The notes under the pieces were generated by a model. The model was not told the DNA's origin. It did not search any database and worked only from the letters and a program-made list of their open reading frames with translations. The translations under genes were made by a program, and so were the position numbers. Below, in pieces: positions 58,494 through 64,000 of a DNA stretch of 64,000 nucleotides. The DNA comes from a virus, in IMG/VR virus record IMGVR_UViG_3300034061_000981, positions 32,001-96,000 of that record. The stretch is one strand, 5' to 3'. Position 1 is the stretch's first letter, and each line of letters opens with the position of its first letter.

Positions 58494-60041
58494 ATGAGTA
58501 ATGCACCTTCGTTAGTAAAGAATCCTTATACTAAAACAGTTTTCAAGACTGACAAAGAACTACAGGATTTTATCAAATGCTGTGATCCAGATACGGGTTA
58601 TCTATACTTCATGGATAACTTCTTTTACATACAACACCCTACTAAAGGTAGTATGGTATATCACCCTTGGCCCTATCAAGAACGATTGATTGATACATAT
58701 CATCGATATCGCTATTCAATCAGTCTGATGCCACGACAATCAGGTAAGTCTACTTCAGCCGCAGGATACTTACTCTGGTACGCAATGTTTGTTCCAGACA
58801 GTACTATCTTAGTTGCGGCACACAAGTATACAGGTGCACAAGAGATTATGCAACGTATACGTTACGCATATGAAAACTGCCCTGATCATATCAAAGCAGG
58901 TGTCACTACATACAACAAAGGCTCATTAGACTTTGAGAATGGTAGTCGTATTGTATCAGCAACAACTACTGAAAATACAGGTCGTGGTATGTCTATTACA
59001 CTATTATATCTGGACGAGTTTGCGTTCGTTCGACCAAGTATTGCTAAAGAATTCTGGACAGCGATTACACCAACATTATCAACTGGTGGTAAAGCGATTA
59101 TAACAAGCACACCAAACAGTGACGAGGATCAATTTGCGTTCATATGGAAAGGTGCTAACAAAACTGAAGATGATTTTGGTAACACAACTGAATTAGGTAT
59201 AAACGGCTTTAGAGCATACAGAGCACATTGGAGTGAACAACCAGGTAGAGATCAAAAGTGGGCGGATGAAATGAAAGCACAATTAGGTGAGGATCGTTTC
59301 AACCGAGAGATTGGTTGTGAATTCATTATTGCTGACGAAACGCTTATCAACCCTAATACATTATTGATGATGGAAGGTATAGAACCTATCAATCGTATGG
59401 GACAAGTTCGTTGGTATCAGAAACCTAAGAAGGGTAATATCTATTGTGTGGGACTAGACCCAAGTCTTGGTACAGGTGGTGACCCAGCTGCCATACAGAT
59501 TTTTGAAGCAAATACAACGACACAGATCGGCGAATGGAAACACAATAAAACTGACATCCCTAATCAGATTAAACTATTAGCACAGATTAACAAATATATA
59601 ACAGAATGTACAGGTGAACCCAACAGTATCTATTATAGTATTGAATGTAATGGTATCGGTGAAGCCGCTATTGTATCATTAAACGAATACGGGGAAAGTA
59701 ATATTCCGGGTATCTTTATCAGCGAAGCAGGAAAAGGTCGTAGAGGATTCAATACGACAAATAAGAGCAAACTAGCCAGTTGTGCTAAGTTCAAAACATT
59801 AGTTGAAAGTAAGAAAATGACTGTAAATAGTCGTAGTCTTATAACTGAACTAAAAGCATTTGTAGCTCATGGTGGTAGTTATGCCGCTAAAATTGGTGAT
59901 ACGGATGACTTGATAATGGCTAGTTTGTTAGTAACACGCATGTTACAGCAATTAGGGGACTATCACTTTGATTTAGAGAATCAAATACGTGACCACGATG
60001 AAATGATAGCGCCCTTGCCATTTTTTGCCGTGATAAGTTAA
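58494..60041 (+). CDS. terL: Terminase large subunit (T4 gp17-like)
   Basis: PRQSGKS, LYLDEFAF, ITSTPN, nuclease GLDPS..DDL.M; TAAATA at 58482. Confidence 0.95.
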   Translation: MSNAPSLVKNPYTKTVFKTDKELQDFIKCCDPDTGYLYFMDNFFYIQHPTKGSMVYHPWPYQERLIDTYHRYRYSISLMPRQSGKSTSAAGYLLWYAMFVPDSTILVAAHKYTGAQEIMQRIRYAYENCPDHIKAGVTTYNKGSLDFENGSRIVSATTTENTGRGMSITLLYLDEFAFVRPSIAKEFWTAITPTLSTGGKAIITSTPNSDEDQFAFIWKGANKTEDDFGNTTELGINGFRAYRAHWSEQPGRDQKWADEMKAQLGEDRFNREIGCEFIIADETLINPNTLLMMEGIEPINRMGQVRWYQKPKKGNIYCVGLDPSLGTGGDPAAIQIFEANTTTQIGEWKHNKTDIPNQIKLLAQINKYITECTGEPNSIYYSIECNGIGEAAIVSLNEYGESNIPGIFISEAGKGRRGFNTTNKSKLASCAKFKTLVESKKMTVNSRSLITELKAFVAHGGSYAAKIGDTDDLIMASLLVTRMLQQLGDYHFDLENQIRDHDEMIAPLPFFAVIS

Positions 60042-60063
60042 TAGTTGAGATAAATATATTATC

Positions 60064-62514
60064 ATGCCAATTAATACAGAAACCCTAAACCGACAACTTT
60101 ACAAAAGACTATCAAAATACAAGCCAAAACCATTAGATGCTGAAGGAAACGTTACTCCAGTAGAAGATGAAGCTGATGTATTCAAATTCATCTTTACTAA
60201 GGACGGAGAAGATTACGGAACTGTTTTTGCTACGATTGATGATAATCATGCACTAACTATATACTATAGTGATGATGTAACAGAAAGCCCAGCTGGATCA
60301 ACTCCTGATATAGGATATGATGATAGTTGGACTGGATTACTTAAACAATTAAAATCTTGGGCAATGCATAATCAACTTAGTTGGAAATTAAAAGATAGAT
60401 CCCATTTAGAGGGCGATATGGCACGGAGAAACCACATGAACAAAAAAGACAAAATATCAGAAGGCTACCACGCAATGGGCAAGAGCCGCAGTTACAGCGA
60501 CAATATACCTAGCGTTAAGATTGTTATTGAACACAGTCGTCAAATTGAAGAAGGTGAACAACGTTATCGTAACATCAACAAGATTTTCTTAGAGAATCAA
60601 ATGGGTGAGAGATTCTTGCTTGACACCAAGAAGCCTGGAATTGCACGTGTATATGCTAGACACATTGCCGAAGGTGGCAAAGTTAACGATGAGCGTTGGG
60701 GACACATTCAAAGTCTATGCGAAGAATATCAAAAGATGGCAGGATTCGTTCGTGCTACACGTAACAACCAATTCAATGAATCAGCACAGAAATTAGTTAA
60801 TGAAGCAATCAATCACTATCAAGGTTTGCGTGAGTCATTAAGTAAGATGACTGGCAAGCGTGGCTATGAAGCATACTTTGAATCATGGACACCTACATTG
60901 ATGGAAGATGAAGTAGAAGAAACAAACTTAAATGAGTTGTTTGTGCAAGAGACATTAGATCCACGCATTGAAAGTGTAATGCCAATATTAAGTAAGTTAC
61001 AAAAGAACTTAGGTGAGATGAAAGAAGTTAATGCATTAGCTGAATGGGCTGATAGTTTAATTGAAGGTGAAGGCGGACCAGAAGCTAGTGAAGAACCAGT
61101 AGATGATGATATGGGTAACGACACTTTCGGCGGTGAAGATGGAAATGACGCACCGGCTGACGATTTATCTGAAGATGAAAGCCTAACAAGCAACAATCCA
61201 ATTGGCATTCCTGAAGGTGAGGATCACAATCCAGTAGCCGGTGCTATCACTCGCAGAATACTAATGCAACGCCAAGATTTGTTACAGAAGTTTGGTCCTG
61301 TTAAAGTTATGCAAGCAATTGATGACGTTGCTGATTTTGTTGGTGATACTGATGAGATTGGTTCTAGTGATGTTAGTGGTTGGATCAAACAAGTAGAACG
61401 TTCATTGGGTGGTGTTGATGAAGGTATGTTGGACACAGTTAAGAAAGTTGGAAGTAAAGTATTTGATAAATTAGGCGGCGGAAGCGAAGAAGATTTGTTA
61501 AAAGACTTACAGAAGAAAGCTGGTATCCCATCACACGCACAACATGGTAAACCAAATATGGCTAAGCCAAATGAAAAAGAAGTAGATGAAAGCGCACTAC
61601 AAGCATACTTAGGCGATAAGAAGTATGGCAAAGATGGCATGGACGCATTACGCAAAGCTGGACAAGAACATGCTAGCGAAAAGACAATGCAAAACATTCG
61701 TGCTAAATTTAGTGATAAAGAAAAAGAAGTTGAAGAAGGCTTTGTTGGTAATATGATTAACAAAGCTAAAGGTATGTTTACAAAACCCGGACAACCAGCG
61801 GCAGCACCTGCTACGGCAGCTCCAGTAGTTCCAGATGCGGCAACTAAAGCAAGAATTGCGGCTGCACCACAAGGATATGATCCAAACACTGGTAAGCCAC
61901 AAGTTGCCATGGGGTTAAGGCCAGGCGTTGTGAAAAAAGGTGGCACGATGGATATGACTAAAAAGGTTGTAGCACCGGCAGCAAAGCCAGCAGTTGCTCC
62001 TACTAAGTCTGGAAATTACGATGGCGTAACCGGCGAACCTATTAGTGATAAAGCCAAAGCTGATGTGGCTTCTACGGCGGCCTGGAAAGCTAGCCCTGAA
62101 GGACAAGCCTTTAAAGCGTGGTCGGCTGCTCAACGAGCAGGCACCTTTAAAGGAACATTAAGACAGTGGCAACAAGCACAACAACCAACAGTAGCAGAAG
62201 ATTTAGATGCTGACCAAAAGCGTGTAGGTCAATTAGGCCCTACTGAGAAAGTTAAGAATAACAACATCGGTAAACTAGTTGGTGCTAATGAAAACTTTAT
62301 TAACACTGATGCCCAAGCTGTTGTTACTGAAGTAGACACTGGTGAATATGATGCTCGTAAATCAAGTTCCAAAGGCGAGACTACTCCAGAACAGGAAAAA
62401 GACTTCCGTAAGAAAGTACAAGCATATGGTAAAGAGTTAGAACAGAGACAAAAAGAAAAAGTCAAAGAAGGACAAGATGACCTAAACGCTATCAAGCGAC
62501 TATTGGGTAAATAA
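60064..62514 (+). CDS. Large hypothetical protein, probably a prohead-processed head/internal protein
   Basis: Short modules separated by hydrophobic-x-E sites; TAAATA at 60051. Confidence 0.55.
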   Translation: MPINTETLNRQLYKRLSKYKPKPLDAEGNVTPVEDEADVFKFIFTKDGEDYGTVFATIDDNHALTIYYSDDVTESPAGSTPDIGYDDSWTGLLKQLKSWAMHNQLSWKLKDRSHLEGDMARRNHMNKKDKISEGYHAMGKSRSYSDNIPSVKIVIEHSRQIEEGEQRYRNINKIFLENQMGERFLLDTKKPGIARVYARHIAEGGKVNDERWGHIQSLCEEYQKMAGFVRATRNNQFNESAQKLVNEAINHYQGLRESLSKMTGKRGYEAYFESWTPTLMEDEVEETNLNELFVQETLDPRIESVMPILSKLQKNLGEMKEVNALAEWADSLIEGEGGPEASEEPVDDDMGNDTFGGEDGNDAPADDLSEDESLTSNNPIGIPEGEDHNPVAGAITRRILMQRQDLLQKFGPVKVMQAIDDVADFVGDTDEIGSSDVSGWIKQVERSLGGVDEGMLDTVKKVGSKVFDKLGGGSEEDLLKDLQKKAGIPSHAQHGKPNMAKPNEKEVDESALQAYLGDKKYGKDGMDALRKAGQEHASEKTMQNIRAKFSDKEKEVEEGFVGNMINKAKGMFTKPGQPAAAPATAAPVVPDAATKARIAAAPQGYDPNTGKPQVAMGLRPGVVKKGGTMDMTKKVVAPAAKPAVAPTKSGNYDGVTGEPISDKAKADVASTAAWKASPEGQAFKAWSAAQRAGTFKGTLRQWQQAQQPTVAEDLDADQKRVGQLGPTEKVKNNNIGKLVGANENFINTDAQAVVTEVDTGEYDARKSSSKGETTPEQEKDFRKKVQAYGKELEQRQKEKVKEGQDDLNAIKRLLGK

Positions 62515-62522
62515 GTTCTCAA

Positions 62523-62547
62523 AAACCTCACTTAAAAGGTGAGGTTT
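62523..62547 (+). terminator. Hairpin, probable terminator
   Basis: AAACCTCAC-TTAAAAG-GTGAGGTTT. Confidence 0.6.
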
Positions 62548-62569
62548 ACCATATCTGGCATAAATACTA

Positions 62570-62598
62570 TTGACAGGACGAGAAAGCAATGCTATACT
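62570..62598 (+). promoter_or_regulatory. Sigma70 promoter for the SSB gene, with TAAATA just upstream at 62561
   Basis: TTGACA-17-TATACT with TG extension. Confidence 0.8.
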
Positions 62599-62678
62599 CT
62601 CTCATCGTGTTAGTCATTTCATAGGGAAGTGGCGAATATAAAAAACGAGACCATCTCAATTTATAAGGAAATAAAATC

Positions 62679-63677
62679 ATGGCATCATTAGCAGAAATTC
62701 GTGCTCGCATCTCAGCACAAGAAAACAAACAGCAAAAGGGTTCTAACACCCAATCTGATAACTCAATCTACCCCCACTGGAATATAGACGAAGGCACAAC
62801 AGCCACAATTCGTTTCTTGCCAGACGGTAATACGAAGAATGAATTCTTCTGGGTTGAGCGTCAAATCATTAAATTGCCATTCAATGGCGTTAAAGGCGAT
62901 CCAAACGTTAAGAAAATTGACGTTCAAGTACCATGCGTAGAAATGTATGGCGACAGTTGCCCTATCTTGGCAGAAGTTCGTCCTTGGTACAAAGACGAAA
63001 CATTGAAAGAAATGGCAAACAAGTATTGGAAGAAGCGTAGTTACTTGTTCCAAGGTTTTGTAAAACAAAACCCATTAGGTGATGACAAAACTCCAGCGAA
63101 TCCAATTCGTAGGTTTGTTATCAGTCCACAAATCTTTACTATCATTAAATCTAGTTTGATGGATCCAGAGATGGAAGAATTGCCAACAGATTACTTGCGC
63201 GGTCTTGATTTCAACATTAAGAAAACAAGTAAAGGTGGTTATGCCGATTACTCAACAAGTAACTGGGCACGTAAAGAGTCTGTATTAACTGAAGCAGAGG
63301 CAGCGGCAATTGAATCACATGGTTTGTTTAACTTGGCAGACTTCTTGCCTAAGAAACCCGGTGAAGCAGAATTGCGTGTTATCAAAGAAATGTTTGAGGC
63401 ATCAGTAGACGGTCAATCATATGACGTTGAGCGTTGGGGTGCATATTATCGTCCATATGGTGTTGAAGCACCTGCAGGAGCGACAGCGGAAAAACAAACA
63501 GCTACTACTGAAACTAGAGCACCCGCAACAGCACCCGTAGCAGAGACTTCTACTGCACCTTGGGATGAACCTGAAACATCAGTATCAAGTCCAGTTGTAG
63601 TTCCTGCTCAAGCAACATCAAGCGACAAAGCACAAGACATTCTAGCAATGATTCGTGCTAGACAAAACAAGTCTTAA
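62679..63677 (+). CDS. Single-stranded DNA-binding protein (T4 gp32-like)
   Basis: IRFLP, C..CPI, G.DF.IKK..GYADYSTS.W, low-complexity tail. Confidence 0.85.
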   Translation: MASLAEIRARISAQENKQQKGSNTQSDNSIYPHWNIDEGTTATIRFLPDGNTKNEFFWVERQIIKLPFNGVKGDPNVKKIDVQVPCVEMYGDSCPILAEVRPWYKDETLKEMANKYWKKRSYLFQGFVKQNPLGDDKTPANPIRRFVISPQIFTIIKSSLMDPEMEELPTDYLRGLDFNIKKTSKGGYADYSTSNWARKESVLTEAEAAAIESHGLFNLADFLPKKPGEAELRVIKEMFEASVDGQSYDVERWGAYYRPYGVEAPAGATAEKQTATTETRAPATAPVAETSTAPWDEPETSVSSPVVVPAQATSSDKAQDILAMIRARQNKS

Positions 63678-63683
63678 TCTCAA

Positions 63684-63701
63684 TAGGGGCTTCGGCCCCT
63701 A
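63684..63701 (+). terminator. UUCG hairpin after SSB gene
   Basis: TAGGGGC-TTCG-GCCCCTA, without a U tract. Confidence 0.5.
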
Positions 63702-63716
63702 TAATAGGAGAATAAT

Positions 63717-63944
63717 ATGACATTACCAGACGAACGCTACCGTGCCCTTAAGCAGGGTAAAAAACTACTAGAGGAGTTGTGCGATCCAGGTCGCACTCCT
63801 CGTGTTCCTAGCCTTGTTAGGGACAGAGCAAGAGGTGCATTGCGACATTACCCATCTGATTATGAATTGGAGCGTATGGCAGAAAAATGCCCCGAATTAC
63901 TTGATACACAACCATTTAGTGTGTACACTACAATAAACAAATAA
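63717..63944 (+). CDS. Hypothetical protein
   Basis: SD AGGAG; MTLPDERYRA..LRHYP. Confidence 0.75.
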   Translation: MTLPDERYRALKQGKKLLEELCDPGRTPRVPSLVRDRARGALRHYPSDYELERMAEKCPELLDTQPFSVYTTINK

Positions 63945-63954
63945 GGAATATAAA

Positions 63955-64000
63955 ATGAAATACTTAGAAAAACTTACCAAGGTAAATGAATCATTTACTG
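63955..64000 (+). CDS. Hypothetical protein (3' truncated by window)
   Basis: SD TAAGGA, ATG, open to window end. Confidence 0.55.
   Translation, partial: MKYLEKLTKVNESFT

Noticed and set aside
61224-61946. 240-aa minus-strand ORF
   Set aside because: Antisense shadow of 60064..62514 with no motif; the same applies to 6475..6936, 46085..46606 and other short nested ORFs
62600-62678. T4 gene 32-style autoregulatory leader
   Set aside because: The leader is long and A-rich, but I could not identify a convincing pseudoknot by eye
1-64000. Stop-codon reassignment or bacterial chromosome origin
   Set aside because: Standard-code ORFs tile the window densely; terminase, gp32-like SSB, baseplate and spanin genes indicate a phage

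Overview
64 kb of an AT-rich, large T4-like (Caudoviricetes, probably myovirus) phage genome, standard genetic code, almost all genes on the + strand. The host is probably a Gram-negative proteobacterium (inferred from a betaproteobacterial-type porin, spanins, AhpC/AhpD and an ANDxxxxLAA tmRNA tag). Layout: (1) 1-2.7 kb, tail-fibre-like genes; (2) 2.8-40 kb, a large, tightly coupled sugar-tailoring cluster behind late-type TAAATA motifs: 7 radical SAM enzymes (4 tandem with an N-terminal twitch/SPASM-like domain, 2 cobalamin-binding), 8 paralogous GT10-like glycosyltransferase domains, GT-A proteins, 3 SGNH-like proteins, a GDP-mannose 3,5-epimerase-like enzyme, an NDP-sugar dehydrogenase, an aminotransferase, an amidinotransferase, a carbamoyltransferase and a 1896-aa repeat protein; (3) about 40.0-40.4 kb, a circularly permuted two-piece tmRNA whose intervening segment is filled by a 35-codon hydrophobic ORF; (4) porin and ahpC/ahpD; (5) an early region with an array of sigma70 promoters, a MoxR-like ATPase and a VWA protein; (6) thyA, a second epimerase/aminotransferase pair, an inverted eighth radical SAM gene, spanins, structural and internal proteins, terminase large subunit and gp32 SSB. 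All calls come from reading motifs by eye; no database search was run.
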